DNA of 64,000 nucleotides from Longimicrobiales bacterium (GTDB lineage: Bacteria; Gemmatimonadota; Gemmatimonadetes; Longimicrobiales; Gaopeijiaceae): contig CBDCKN010000013.1 in assembly GCA_965218295.1 (NCBI GenBank), positions 32,001 through 96,000 on the forward strand. Direction: 5' to 3'. The first letter of the stretch is position 1. Each line of letters starts with the position of its first letter. Shown in pieces: positions 9,771-20,079 of this stretch. Position numbers and translations under genes: made by a program. The notes beneath the pieces were generated by a model that had not been told where the DNA came from, ran no database searches, and was given only the letters and a program-made list of their open reading frames with translations.

Positions 9771-9802
9771 GCGCTCGGGGGCCGGGAGCGTCCTGGACCC
9801 GC

Positions 9803-11134
9803 CTACGCCCCCACCCTCCCCACCGTGGCTCCCCCCGAGGGGGCTGCCCTGAAGACCGCTTCCTCCGCCGACGTGTCTCCCGTCGGGCTGTAGTAACCAA
9901 CTGCGAGGGCTTCCAGAACCGCCGACTCCGCGGCCTCCGTACACAGGATCAGTGCCGCACCCCCGAGTCCCGCTCCGGTGAGGCGTGCCCCTGCCGCACC
10001 CGCCTCCCGAGCGAGGGTGACGATACGGTCGAGCCCGGGCGTGCTGACCTCGTAATCGTCCCGGAGGCTCCGGTGGGAGGCGTCCATGATGCGACCGAAC
10101 GCAGCCAGGTCCCTCACGCCCAACGCCTCCTCCGCCTCGGACACGCGCAGCACCTCACTGACGGTGTGTCGCAAGCGAGCCAGAAGAGGAGCCTCCAGGA
10201 CCTCCGTCGCCACCTCTAGCAGGTGCTCCGGATCCGCGGCCTCCAGTAGCGGGCGGTAGTCTTTCTCCGGCGGTTCTCCCTCCCCGACGGCAGCCCACAC
10301 GGTCTCGAGCGCCTCTCGAGACTCGCGCGTCCGGGCGTTGTACGTGGCCTGCGCCGGGCCGGACTTCTCCGCCACGACGCCGCTGTGGGCTATGAGGAAC
10401 ACCCAGTCTTCTGGCATGGACACCGGGCGAATGTGAAGAGGCGCGAAGCTCACACAGAGAGCGTGCCCGGCCAGAGCGCACAGGATGACCGCCTGGTCCA
10501 TCCCGCCGCCCTGCGTACCCGTATACCGCTCTGCCCGGGCCACGAGGTCGGCCAGCTCCATTAGGTCGACGTCCCTCCCGTTCACGGCCAGGAGCGCCAG
10601 GGCCACGCCGCACGAGAGCGCCGAGGAGGAGCTCAGGCCGGCCGCGATAGGCAGATCGGACTCCACCGCGATGTCGGCCCCCACGGTGATTCCGTAGTCG
10701 CGAACCAGCGCCTGTGCCACACCCCGGGCATAGTCGCCCCAGTCACCACAGTCGCCCCGGTCGCCCCGGTCGTCCCGGTCGCCCCGGTTAACCCGGTCGC
10801 TCGGCTCACCCGCCTCACCCGGCCTACCAGGCGCACCCGGTGCACCCGGCTCCACATCTCTCGACAGCTCCAGCACGACGTCGGCGTACGACGGCTCGGC
10901 ATTGGCCAGTCGCACATAGTGATCCTCGCGGGGCCGCACCGTCAGTGTGGTGCGGAGCTGGATGGCCATGGGAAGAACCGGGAGGAGGGAGTAGTCGATG
11001 TGCTCGCCGATGAGGTTCACACGACCGGGAGCGTGCACGACGAAAGCCGGCGCGGGGAGTCCGAACCGGTCCTCGAAGAGCCCCGACGGAGCTCGGTGGG
11101 AAGATCCGCTCAAGTCGTCGGAATCTCCGTCCAA
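9803..11134 (-). CDS. galK: Galactokinase (GHMP kinase), possibly acting on GalNAc; start uncertain
   Basis: APGRVNLIGEHIDY, PIAAGLSSSSA, GGMDQ, SHRSLRDDYEVS, GARLTGAGLGG. Confidence 0.9.
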   Translation of the reverse strand: MDGDSDDLSGSSHRAPSGLFEDRFGLPAPAFVVHAPGRVNLIGEHIDYSLLPVLPMAIQLRTTLTVRPREDHYVRLANAEPSYADVVLELSRDVEPGAPGAPGRPGEAGEPSDRVNRGDRDDRGDRGDCGDWGDYARGVAQALVRDYGITVGADIAVESDLPIAAGLSSSSALSCGVALALLAVNGRDVDLMELADLVARAERYTGTQGGGMDQAVILCALAGHALCVSFAPLHIRPVSMPEDWVFLIAHSGVVAEKSGPAQATYNARTRESREALETVWAAVGEGEPPEKDYRPLLEAADPEHLLEVATEVLEAPLLARLRHTVSEVLRVSEAEEALGVRDLAAFGRIMDASHRSLRDDYEVSTPGLDRIVTLAREAGAAGARLTGAGLGGAALILCTEAAESAVLEALAVGYYSPTGDTSAEEAVFRAAPSGGATVGRVGA

Positions 11135-11171
11135 TCCGTGGAATTTTCAGTCCAACCCGATGTCTCCGGAG

Positions 11172-12650
11172 CTACGCGGTTACCAGACCGAGCTTCGGCC
11201 AGGACTGCCATCGCCCACGTGTGAAATCGGGAAACTCCACGGGCCGGCTCGCGTTCGCCACGGACCACTCGGACAAGGGCGTCACGGCGCTTAGCGCTGC
11301 GGCGTCGTAGACGTTCATGTCCGTGGGGAGTCCCTCGCGCAGACACTTGACGAGGCGGTGGTCCTCCATGAAGTCCATGCCGCCGTGTCCCCCGCCTTGT
11401 GAGCGCTCCTCCATCTCTCTCCAGAGCGGGTGCTCGTACTCTTCGAGCCACTTCTCGGCCTCGTCCCACTGATGGGGTTCGCTCAACCCCTCCACGTAGA
11501 CGCGGTCCGGATATCCCTGGAAGATGCCCTTGGTGCCCTGGACCTGATGGATGCGGCTGTACGGCCTGGGAAGGTTGGTGTCATGACTCACGAAGAGAGT
11601 GCGTCCCAGGGCCGTCTTGATCATGGTCGTGTTGACGTCGCCGAGGACGTACGTCTCCAGCCGCTTCGGGTGGTCCGCCGGGTAGTGGGTGTCGGTCCAC
11701 TCCTGGAGGCCCCGGGAGGGGCTGCTCATGGGGACCAGCGTGGCGAACCGATCGCCTCGGTTGATGTCCATGCAGTTGGCGATGGGGCCGAGGCCGTGCG
11801 TCGGGTACATGTTGCCGTTCCGGTGCATGGAGTGAGCCCGGCGCCAGAGCCCCGCGTCCTGGTCCTCGAACTTGATGGCCCGCAGATCGTGCAGGTAGCC
11901 GCCCTCCGCGTGCAGGATCTCACCCAGCAAGCCCTGCTGGACGAGGTTGAAGGCCAGCATCTCCATGCGTCCGTAGTTGACGTTCTCCATCATGGGGCAG
12001 TGCTTCTCGTACTTCTCCGCGTACTCGACAAGCTTCCAGCAATCCTCCAGCCTGTAGGCCGCGGGAACCTCCGTCGCCGCGTGCTTGCCGTTCTCCATGG
12101 CGGACGTGCAGACAGGGACGTGCCACTCCCAGGGGGTGGCGTTGAACACCAGGTCCAGCTCCTCCTCCTGGCAGAGCCGCTCGAAGTCCCGCTCACCCCG
12201 GGCAAACCCCGTCGGACGTGGGAAGCCGGCCTCCTCGACCCAATCCTGGATGCGCTCGACCTTCTCCGGAACGATGTCGCACACCGCCTGGATGACGCAT
12301 CCCTCGATCCTCAGGAGGTTACGGACGTGTGCGCTCCCTTGAAGACCTACGCCGACGAAGCCGATGCGGACCTGGTCAATCGGGGGAGCGGAAAAGAGCT
12401 CGACGGGCGCCTCGCCCAGATCCGGCGACGAGCCCGAGGTTTCCGCATGGGACTCGATGGTGCATCCCGCCGCAGTCCCCACAACGGCCAGGCCGAGGCC
12501 GGCGGCGCCCAGCTTCAGGGCTTCTCGGCGATCCAATCCACGCTCGGCCGAGTACGTTTCTGGGCTCTCAATGTCCGCCGACCGAGTCTCCTCTTCCGAC
12601 AGCTGGATCCCATCCTCTGACGACCGTGTCTTCTCGGCGTCGTCACGCAT
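11172..12650 (-). CDS. GH109 NAD+-dependent alpha-N-acetylgalactosaminidase-like protein, Tat-exported lipoprotein
   Basis: RREALK Tat motif and AAGC lipobox; ATPWEWH, EVPAA, MMENVNY, YPTHGLGP, GGHGGMD. Confidence 0.88.
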   Translation of the reverse strand: MRDDAEKTRSSEDGIQLSEEETRSADIESPETYSAERGLDRREALKLGAAGLGLAVVGTAAGCTIESHAETSGSSPDLGEAPVELFSAPPIDQVRIGFVGVGLQGSAHVRNLLRIEGCVIQAVCDIVPEKVERIQDWVEEAGFPRPTGFARGERDFERLCQEEELDLVFNATPWEWHVPVCTSAMENGKHAATEVPAAYRLEDCWKLVEYAEKYEKHCPMMENVNYGRMEMLAFNLVQQGLLGEILHAEGGYLHDLRAIKFEDQDAGLWRRAHSMHRNGNMYPTHGLGPIANCMDINRGDRFATLVPMSSPSRGLQEWTDTHYPADHPKRLETYVLGDVNTTMIKTALGRTLFVSHDTNLPRPYSRIHQVQGTKGIFQGYPDRVYVEGLSEPHQWDEAEKWLEEYEHPLWREMEERSQGGGHGGMDFMEDHRLVKCLREGLPTDMNVYDAAALSAVTPLSEWSVANASRPVEFPDFTRGRWQSWPKLGLVTA

Positions 12651-13009
12651 GGCCACTAGCCTCCCAAGTCTCTATGTGGTGGGCCCCACCGGGGTGGTCC
12701 CCACTGTGGTGGGCCGCACTGCGATGGCGGGGCCGTCGCTTCTCGCTTCAACGAACTCTGAGCACCATGAGCACGGGCCGGTGATCCGTCAAGCTACTGC
12801 GATGTATACGTATGTTGAAGACGAATATATACGTACGTTGGAAAGACTCTCCTCACCCCGTGGGAGAGTGTGCGAGGGCCGCGTGGGGTTAGGTACGGGG
12901 TGTTTTCCGCGCACAGCCTTTGGTATTCTTTCACATCCGCTTCCCCCGACGGACCACGACCGACGCGCACCAGAGAGCACCGCGCACCAGAGAGCACATA
13001 GAGGCCGTC

Positions 13010-15718
13010 ATGAGCAGCGACCCCTTCGGCGCACTGACCAGCATCGATCTGAAGGAAGGGCCCACGTCCTTCTACCGCCTCGGTAGGTTGGAGGAGACCG
13101 GCCTCGGAGACCTGGCCCGCCTCCCCTTCTCCATCCGCATCCTCCTGGAGAACGCCCTGCGCCATGCCGGCAGCAGGTACGTGGGTGAGGAGCATGTACA
13201 GGCGGTAGCCGAGTGGAGCCCCACGAACGCCGGCGCCGACGTGCCGTTCATGCCCACGCGGGTGGTGCTCCAGGACTTCACCGGCGTCCCCGCAGTAGTC
13301 GATCTGGCCGCCATGCGGGACCGGCTCAAGGCCATGAACGGCGATCCGAACCGCATCAACCCGGTAGTCCCGGCCGACCTCGTCATCGACCACTCGGTCC
13401 AGGTCGACTTCTTCGGGACCCCCGAGGCCTATCGGCAGAATGTGGAGAAGGAGTTCGAACGGAACCGGGAGCGGTACGCGCTCCTACGGTGGGCCCAGCA
13501 CTCTTTCGAGGACTTCCGGGTCGTGCCCCCAGGAACGGGCATCGTGCACCAGGTGAACCTCGAGTACCTGGCCTCCGTGGTGCATCGACGGGAGGAGGGC
13601 GGCGCGTGGGTGGCCTATCCCGACACGCTGGTGGGCACCGACTCGCATACCACCATGATCAACGGGCTGGGTGTCGTGGGTTGGGGCGTGGGCGGTATCG
13701 AGGCGGAGGCCGTCCTCACGGGTCAACCCTACTACATGCTGCTGCCCGAGGTGGTGGGCGTGAAGGTCACCGGTGAGCTGCCCGAGGGAGCCACGGCCAC
13801 GGATCTCGTGCTGCACGTAGTGGAGATGCTTCGGGCCCACGGCGTGGTGGGTCGTTTCGTCGAGTACTTCGGCCCCGGCCTCTCAAAGCTGACCCTTCCG
13901 GACCGCGCGACCCTTGCCAACATGTCCCCCGAATACGGTGCGACCATCGGTTTCTTCCCCGTCGATGCCGAGACGCTGTCCTACCTGAGAGGATCGGCAC
14001 GAAGCGAGGAGCTGGTGGAGAGGGTCGAGCGGGTCAGCAAGGAGCAGGGTCTCTTCCGCACCGATCAGACACCGGATCCGGAGTACACCGACGTTCTCCA
14101 CATGGACCTCTCCACGGTGGAGCCCAGCGTGGCCGGGCCGAAGCGTCCCCAGGACCGGATCGGGTTGGACGACCTTCCCGCGGCGTTCGCCCGGGACCTC
14201 CCGACCCTTGTGCCGTCCGGGTTCCCACTGAACGAGAACGGCAAGCGGACGGTCCCCGTGGAGGTGGACGGAGAGGCGTGCGAGATCGGAGACGGCAGCA
14301 TCGTCATCGCCGCCATCACCAGCTGTACCAACACGTCGAACCCGACGGTCATGGTGGGGGCGGGCCTCATGGCCAAGAAGGCCGTGGAGCTGGGTCTCGA
14401 GGTGAAGCCGTGGGTGAAGCCCAGCATGGCTCCGGGATCGAAGGTGGTCAGCGACTACCTGGATGCCGCCGGCCTCAGCGACTACCTGAACCAGCTGGGG
14501 TTCAACGTGGTGGGATACGGATGCACGACGTGCATCGGAAACTCGGGGCCCCTGGCCGGCTCCATTGGCGAAGAGGTCCAGGAGCAGGGCTTGGTCGTGG
14601 CGTCGATCCTCTCCGGGAATCGGAACTTCGAGGCGCGCATCCACCCCCAGGTGCGGGCGAACTACCTGTCCTCCCCCATCCTGGTCGTCGCGTACGCCCT
14701 GGCAGGGCGAATCGACATCGACTGGGCGACGGAGCCCGTGGGCCACGGCCGCGACGGCCAGCCCGTCTATCTCAAGGACCTGTGGCCCAGCTCGGGGATC
14801 ATCGGCGAGACCGTGCGGTCCTGCCTACGGCCCGAGATGTTCGAGAGCCGGTACGCCGAGGTCTTCGAGGGCAACGACCTGTGGCAGGCGCTCCCCCTCC
14901 CCACCGACGAGGACAACCTCTACGACTGGGAGGCCGATTCCACGTACATCCGGAATCCTCCCTTCTTCCAGGGCATGTCGCTAGAGGTCCCGGACCTCGC
15001 CGACATCCACGAAGCCCGCGTCCTGGGCATCTTCGGCCACACGACGACCACGGACCACATCTCCCCAGCGGGTGCGATCCCCAAGGATCAGCCCGCCGGT
15101 GCCTACCTGCAGGAGCAGGGGGTGAAGCCCTGGCAGTTCAACACCTTCGGCTCCCGGCGCGGGAACCACGAGGTGATGATGCGGGGCACCTTCGGAAACG
15201 TGCGCATCCGGAACCTCATGCTGGAAGATCGCGAGGGAGGCTACACCGTCCACATCCCCAGCGGTGAGGAGACATCCATCTACGAGGCCTCGATGCGCTA
15301 TCAGGCCGAGGGCACGCCTCTGGTGGTCCTGGCCGGGCGGGAATATGGGACGGGCAGCTCACGTGACTGGGCGGCGAAGGGTACCGCCTTGTTGGGCGTC
15401 CGAGCGGTCATCGCCGAGAGCTACGAGCGCATCCACCGGAGCAACCTGGTGGGCATGGGCGTCCTGCCCTTGCAGTTCGAAGAGGGCGACAGCGCTCAAT
15501 CCCTGGGTCTGACGGGCCCTGAGACGTACGACGTCACAGGCGTGGCCGACGGATTAGAGCCCCACGCACGCTTGAGCGTGGTGGCCACGGCCGAGGACGG
15601 CACCGAGACGGCTTTCCAGGTGATCGCGCGCCTCGATTCGGACGTCGACGTGGAGTACTACCAGAACGGCGGAATCCTGCACACCGTGCTGCGGAGGATG
15701 GGCTCAGGGGAGATGTAG
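13010..15718 (+). CDS. acnA: Aconitate hydratase A
   Basis: LQDFTGVPAVVDLAAMR, DHSVQVD, ITSCTNTSNP, GCTTCIGNSG, TDHISPAG, GSSRDWAAKG. Confidence 0.97.
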   Translation: MSSDPFGALTSIDLKEGPTSFYRLGRLEETGLGDLARLPFSIRILLENALRHAGSRYVGEEHVQAVAEWSPTNAGADVPFMPTRVVLQDFTGVPAVVDLAAMRDRLKAMNGDPNRINPVVPADLVIDHSVQVDFFGTPEAYRQNVEKEFERNRERYALLRWAQHSFEDFRVVPPGTGIVHQVNLEYLASVVHRREEGGAWVAYPDTLVGTDSHTTMINGLGVVGWGVGGIEAEAVLTGQPYYMLLPEVVGVKVTGELPEGATATDLVLHVVEMLRAHGVVGRFVEYFGPGLSKLTLPDRATLANMSPEYGATIGFFPVDAETLSYLRGSARSEELVERVERVSKEQGLFRTDQTPDPEYTDVLHMDLSTVEPSVAGPKRPQDRIGLDDLPAAFARDLPTLVPSGFPLNENGKRTVPVEVDGEACEIGDGSIVIAAITSCTNTSNPTVMVGAGLMAKKAVELGLEVKPWVKPSMAPGSKVVSDYLDAAGLSDYLNQLGFNVVGYGCTTCIGNSGPLAGSIGEEVQEQGLVVASILSGNRNFEARIHPQVRANYLSSPILVVAYALAGRIDIDWATEPVGHGRDGQPVYLKDLWPSSGIIGETVRSCLRPEMFESRYAEVFEGNDLWQALPLPTDEDNLYDWEADSTYIRNPPFFQGMSLEVPDLADIHEARVLGIFGHTTTTDHISPAGAIPKDQPAGAYLQEQGVKPWQFNTFGSRRGNHEVMMRGTFGNVRIRNLMLEDREGGYTVHIPSGEETSIYEASMRYQAEGTPLVVLAGREYGTGSSRDWAAKGTALLGVRAVIAESYERIHRSNLVGMGVLPLQFEEGDSAQSLGLTGPETYDVTGVADGLEPHARLSVVATAEDGTETAFQVIARLDSDVDVEYYQNGGILHTVLRRMGSGEM

Positions 15719-15733
15719 CGCTCCAGCGCAGCC

Positions 15734-16543
15734 TCAGCCCGGAGGCTCGTGATCCGAGTCCCGTAGGGACACAGGCGGGCCCAGGACCTCGGCCAGGATC
15801 ACGGCCTGCCGGATGCTCTCACGACCTCCGTGCGTCAAGGTGCGGCGCACGCTTCGCCCCTTCCGGGGCGTTCGAGAAGCCCGACCCGGGTCTTCATCCG
15901 GGTCCGACTCGCCTACGGCCTCGGCCGGCTCCGCCATCCCCCGCGAAACAGCCCGCTCGGGCACAGGCGGGGCGGAACGAGTGACCGCTCTTTCTTCGGT
16001 GCGGGCCAGCCGGTAGTCGTCCCAGATGAGAGGCTCGGCTCCCGCGTCGGGCACCGTCGGGTACGCCGGCTCCTCCTCCGAGGCCCACTCCACGTGGTCG
16101 TGATCCTCCACGTGCTGATGCTCGGGCCTCAGAGAGGTCTCCTCGGGCTCGGGCGCCCGCGCAGGCATGGGGCGCTCGAATCCCGACAGAGAGCCCTCGA
16201 ATCCCGACAGAGAGCCCTCGAACCCCGACGGAGAGCGCTCGCGCCCGGACGGGGCGCGATCCGCCTCGTAAGGAGCTCGGTCGGTGGCGGGGGGAGGGCC
16301 TCCCCTGGCCAGGGCAGCGATCTCCTCCCAGAGCTCGTCGGGAACCATCCCCTCGGACATCCGCCCTCTGGACGCCCGCTCGGTCTTCATCGAGTGGAGC
16401 CCACCCGCGTCCCCCACGCCCTCCCCTGGCCCAACCTCGCCGCGGCGCTGGGCCTCCTTGCGCTTCTTCCGGGCCGCACCGTCCATCATCGAGATGATGA
16501 TGAAGAACGCGATGACCAGAATCTGGATCAGGCCTGAGTCCAT
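15734..16543 (-). CDS. Hypothetical membrane-anchored protein, third gene of the nfeD-floA operon (YqfB-like)
   Basis: N-terminal TM, low-complexity middle with SLSGFEG repeats, C-terminal RQAVILAEVLGPPVSLR. Confidence 0.75.
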   Translation of the reverse strand: MDSGLIQILVIAFFIIISMMDGAARKKRKEAQRRGEVGPGEGVGDAGGLHSMKTERASRGRMSEGMVPDELWEEIAALARGGPPPATDRAPYEADRAPSGRERSPSGFEGSLSGFEGSLSGFERPMPARAPEPEETSLRPEHQHVEDHDHVEWASEEEPAYPTVPDAGAEPLIWDDYRLARTEERAVTRSAPPVPERAVSRGMAEPAEAVGESDPDEDPGRASRTPRKGRSVRRTLTHGGRESIRQAVILAEVLGPPVSLRDSDHEPPG

Positions 16544-16576
16544 GAGGGCGCCCTCGAGAGTGTCTGGAGAGCCGCG

Positions 16577-17566
16577 CTAGGCCAACGGCTCGCTGGCGTC
16601 GTCGTCTCCACCGGCGATGGCTTTCCGCATGGAGGTGTCGGACTGGATGTTGCTGTAGCGCACGTAGTCCATGACGCCCATGTGGCCCTGGCGGAAGGCG
16701 TCGGCCAAGGCCAAGGGCACCTGCGCCTCGGCCTTCACCAGCTCCGCCCGCATCTCCTCGACCTTCGCCTTCATCTCCTGCTCGAGGGCCACGGCCATGG
16801 CCCGCCGCTCCTCGGCCCGGGCCTGGGCGACCCTCTTGTCGGCGTCGGCCTGATGGGTCTGGAGGTCGGCACCGATGTTCTTGCCAACGTCCACGTCGGC
16901 GATGTCGATGGAGAGGATCTCGAAGGCCGTGCCCGAGTCGAGGCCCTTGGCCAGCACCGTCTTGGAGATATCGTCCGGGTTCTCGAGGACCTGCTTGTGG
17001 GAGTCGGCGGAGCCGATGGACGACACGATGCCCTCACCCACCCGGGCGAGAATGGTGTCCTCGCCGGCGCCACCCACCAGCCGGTTGATGTTGGCCCGAA
17101 CGGTGACCCGGGCCTGGGCGATGAGCTGGATGCCGTCCTTGGCCATGGCCGCCACCTTCGGCGTGTTGATCACTTTGGGGTTCACCGAGACCTGCACGGC
17201 CTCGAAGACGTCCCGGCCGGCGAGGTCGATGGCGGCGGCCTGCTGGAACCCCATCTCGATGTTGGCTTTGTCGGCGCTGATGAGGGCCCGGACCACGCGA
17301 TCGACAGACCCTCCTGCCAGGTAGTGGGCCTCCAGGTCGTTGACGTTCAGCGGGATGCCCGCCTTGTGCGCCCATATCAGGGGGCGCACGACCGCCGGAG
17401 GGCTCACCTTGCGAAGGCGCATCCCCACCAGGTAGCCGATGCCCAGCTTCACTCCGGCCGAGATCGCCTCGATCCACAGGCGCACGGGCACGGCCCAGGC
17501 GACGACGGAGATGAACATGACCGCCCCGAAGAGGACGAACAGGCTGAAGATGTCGAGCTGCTGCAT
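16577..17566 (-). CDS. floA: Flotillin-like protein FloA (YqfA/UPF0365)
   Basis: [51 protein letters not shown]. Confidence 0.95.
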   Translation of the reverse strand: MQQLDIFSLFVLFGAVMFISVVAWAVPVRLWIEAISAGVKLGIGYLVGMRLRKVSPPAVVRPLIWAHKAGIPLNVNDLEAHYLAGGSVDRVVRALISADKANIEMGFQQAAAIDLAGRDVFEAVQVSVNPKVINTPKVAAMAKDGIQLIAQARVTVRANINRLVGGAGEDTILARVGEGIVSSIGSADSHKQVLENPDDISKTVLAKGLDSGTAFEILSIDIADVDVGKNIGADLQTHQADADKRVAQARAEERRAMAVALEQEMKAKVEEMRAELVKAEAQVPLALADAFRQGHMGVMDYVRYSNIQSDTSMRKAIAGGDDDASEPLA

Positions 17567-17667
17567 CGAGCGATCCTTTCAGTGAACCCGGACGGACGGC
17601 GGGTTGCGCCCCGCCGGCTCCTCAGGGTCGTGTCCTTGTCTTATTCCTCGTCTTATCCTTCCTGGTC

Positions 17668-19014
17668 TTATTCTTCCTGGTCGGCCATGGGTCGGACCAC
17701 GTGACGGTATCCCTCCGCAGCCACGATGCGGACCGGCGTCCCCTGCTCGATCCACTCCGACTCGGAGACGACATCGATGCGCTCATTGTCGAACAGGCCG
17801 ACCCCCGAGGGCCTCAGGTCCGTCATGGCGACACCCTCCCGATCGACCAGCTCGGGACGTGTCTCGGCCGACTCGTACCCGAGGGCCTTGTCCGTCCGGG
17901 TACCGAGGAGGATACCCGCGCGGTATAGCCGCGTGCTCTTGGGGAGGTGCCAAATGAGTGCCCAAGCGGTGACCAGAAGGAGCAGCAGGGTCGTGCTGAG
18001 CACCCCCCCTGCCCTGCTGAAGTCTTCCACGGTGGGCAGGCTGCCCAGGAGGCTCATATAGATCCCCGCCCCCACGCCGACGATGCCGATCAGCCCCAAG
18101 ACCCCGAAGCCCGGCATGAGTATCAGCTCGGCGACCAGAAACAGCACGCCGGCGCCGAAGACCAGAAGGTCCTCCCAGCCGGCGAGACCGAGGATCAGGT
18201 GGGATCCGAAGAACAGCGACAGCGACAGGAGTCCAGCGGCTCCCGCGAGTCCCACGGTCGGCGTCTTGATCTCGATGATGAGCCCCAGGAAGCCCAACGA
18301 CAGAAGGAAGGGAGCCACCATCGGATGCGAGAAGAAGCGGACGAGGCGCTCGGCCCAGTTCACCTCCAGGTCCTGTACTGCAGCACCGGAGAGCTCCAGA
18401 TCGTCCAGCAGCGTGTCGAAATCTTCCGTCTCCCGGGCGTATCCCAACCCCACGGCCTCTTCGGTGGTGAGGGTGAGGAGCTTGCCGGCGTCCACCACGT
18501 CGGGGATGGCCAGGGATTCGTCCACCATGGCCTCCGCCACCGCGGGGTCCAGCCCTCGAGCTTCGGCCAGTGCGCGCATCTCGCTCCGCATGGCGGAGAC
18601 GATCTTCTCGGAGGCCTTTTTTCCCGTCCCGTCGACCGGAGTGACCGCCCCGATCACGGAGCCGGGCCTCATGTAGATGCCCTGAGTAGCCAGAGAGATC
18701 AGAGCTCCCGCCGAGAAGGCGCGGCGATTCACGAAGGCGTAGACCGGAACCTGCGAGTCGGCGATGGCATCGGCGATGCGCTCCGCCGCGTCTACCCGAC
18801 CACCGGGCGTGTCGATGTCCAACACGATGGCTCGGGCGCCGGCTGCCTCGGCCTCCCGGATGGCGCGCTCGATGAAGGGCGCGAGCCCGAGCTCGATGAT
18901 CCCGGTCACGGGCACCCGGAAGACGGCGCCCCCCGCCTGGCCGAGGGCCATCGAGGGGAAGCTCAGCACCGCCCCGATCACCATGGCCGCAATGATGTGG
19001 ATTCTTCGCGACAT
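17668..19014 (-). CDS. nfeD: NfeD family membrane-bound serine protease (long form)
   Basis: IDTPGGRVDAA, A.SAGALI, KLLTLT, TM bundle, C-terminal TDLRPSG OB fold; directly upstream of floA. Confidence 0.92.
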   Translation of the reverse strand: MSRRIHIIAAMVIGAVLSFPSMALGQAGGAVFRVPVTGIIELGLAPFIERAIREAEAAGARAIVLDIDTPGGRVDAAERIADAIADSQVPVYAFVNRRAFSAGALISLATQGIYMRPGSVIGAVTPVDGTGKKASEKIVSAMRSEMRALAEARGLDPAVAEAMVDESLAIPDVVDAGKLLTLTTEEAVGLGYARETEDFDTLLDDLELSGAAVQDLEVNWAERLVRFFSHPMVAPFLLSLGFLGLIIEIKTPTVGLAGAAGLLSLSLFFGSHLILGLAGWEDLLVFGAGVLFLVAELILMPGFGVLGLIGIVGVGAGIYMSLLGSLPTVEDFSRAGGVLSTTLLLLLVTAWALIWHLPKSTRLYRAGILLGTRTDKALGYESAETRPELVDREGVAMTDLRPSGVGLFDNERIDVVSESEWIEQGTPVRIVAAEGYRHVVRPMADQEE

Positions 19015-19177
19015 GTCTCTCTTCTCCCCCGGGGCTACGCGCTTCCCCCGGAGCTATGCGCTCTGACGGATACACTTAAAGTACGACGGGAAGCCTGCTC
19101 TCACAAAGCAGAGCCACCCCCCCCACCCCACTCCCCGAGTACCGAGGAGGCGGGCTCGTCGACCGCGGAGGCTACCG

Positions 19178-19915
19178 CTAGTCGGGCAGCTCTACCCCCA
19201 GGAGGAGGCAAGCGTAGTATGACCCACGGATCGCCCGGGCGTAATCACCGTCGTAGATCGCTTCTCGAGCCAGGTCGATGAGCCGTTCTGCCCGCCCCTG
19301 CATCTGCTCCGAGTACGAGTCATCGGCAGAAATCCTTCTGACTCCCCCCTCGGCAGATGCCAGCAGCTGAGCGGCCACGTGGGGTGGAGTCACTTCCAGC
19401 AGATAGTCGGAGGCCTGGAGGGCTGCGGCGAGAGACGATGCACCTTCGCGCTCCTCCGCCAGGATCCAGGCCCTCGTCAACATCTCACGAGCCGAATCTA
19501 GCCTGCGACTCAGCCGCTCCGGGATACCGATGGCGGAGAGTTGGTCGACCCGGGCCAGGGTCGAATCCATGTCGACCAGGAGCTTCTCCACGGCGCCTTC
19601 GCGGAGGCGTCCGAAGAGGACCGGCACCGCGTCGTCGTAAACCAGAGCGCGTAGCGCCCTCCCCTCCCGCGCTGGCAACTCCCAGGAGTCCTCCCACCGC
19701 GTAACCGGTCCCTCGTCGAGAATGCCTCCGGATTCGACCCAAACGTCCGCGAGGCTGGGCACGGCCCCGCCGAAGTCGAGAGCGGCACGGGTCTCCTGCG
19801 CCATGAGGGCCGCCATGGGATCGGAGACCGCGTCGGCGCACGCGCCGGCCGCCATCAGGGCCACCAGAAGAAAGGGTAGCGTCCGGGTACGAGAGGAAAT
19901 GGAGTTGATCGTCAT
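19178..19915 (-). CDS. Hypothetical lipoprotein
   Basis: Signal peptide ending AAGAC; helical body; fills the gap between nfeD and tetR. Confidence 0.65.
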   Translation of the reverse strand: MTINSISSRTRTLPFLLVALMAAGACADAVSDPMAALMAQETRAALDFGGAVPSLADVWVESGGILDEGPVTRWEDSWELPAREGRALRALVYDDAVPVLFGRLREGAVEKLLVDMDSTLARVDQLSAIGIPERLSRRLDSAREMLTRAWILAEEREGASSLAAALQASDYLLEVTPPHVAAQLLASAEGGVRRISADDSYSEQMQGRAERLIDLAREAIYDGDYARAIRGSYYACLLLGVELPD

Positions 19916-19975
19916 TGTTCCAAGCTATCCAAGACCGGTTATCCGAATCAATTCTCGGAGCAGCGTCATATCCGG

Positions 19976-20024
19976 TTGACCCTCCTCAAAGCCCTCGGTA
20001 GCTTCTCGTTCGAACGCTCGTCCG
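19976..20024 (+). promoter_or_regulatory. sigma70 promoter with an overlapping palindromic operator for the TetR operon
   Basis: TTGACC-17 bp-TAGCTT (19976-20004), then CGAACGCTCGTCCG (20011-20024) at the expected start site. Confidence 0.6.
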
Positions 20025-20079
20025 AACTGGATGTTCCCCAGATATCCCCGTTTCTTTCCTCTTCCAGAAGGGGTGACCC

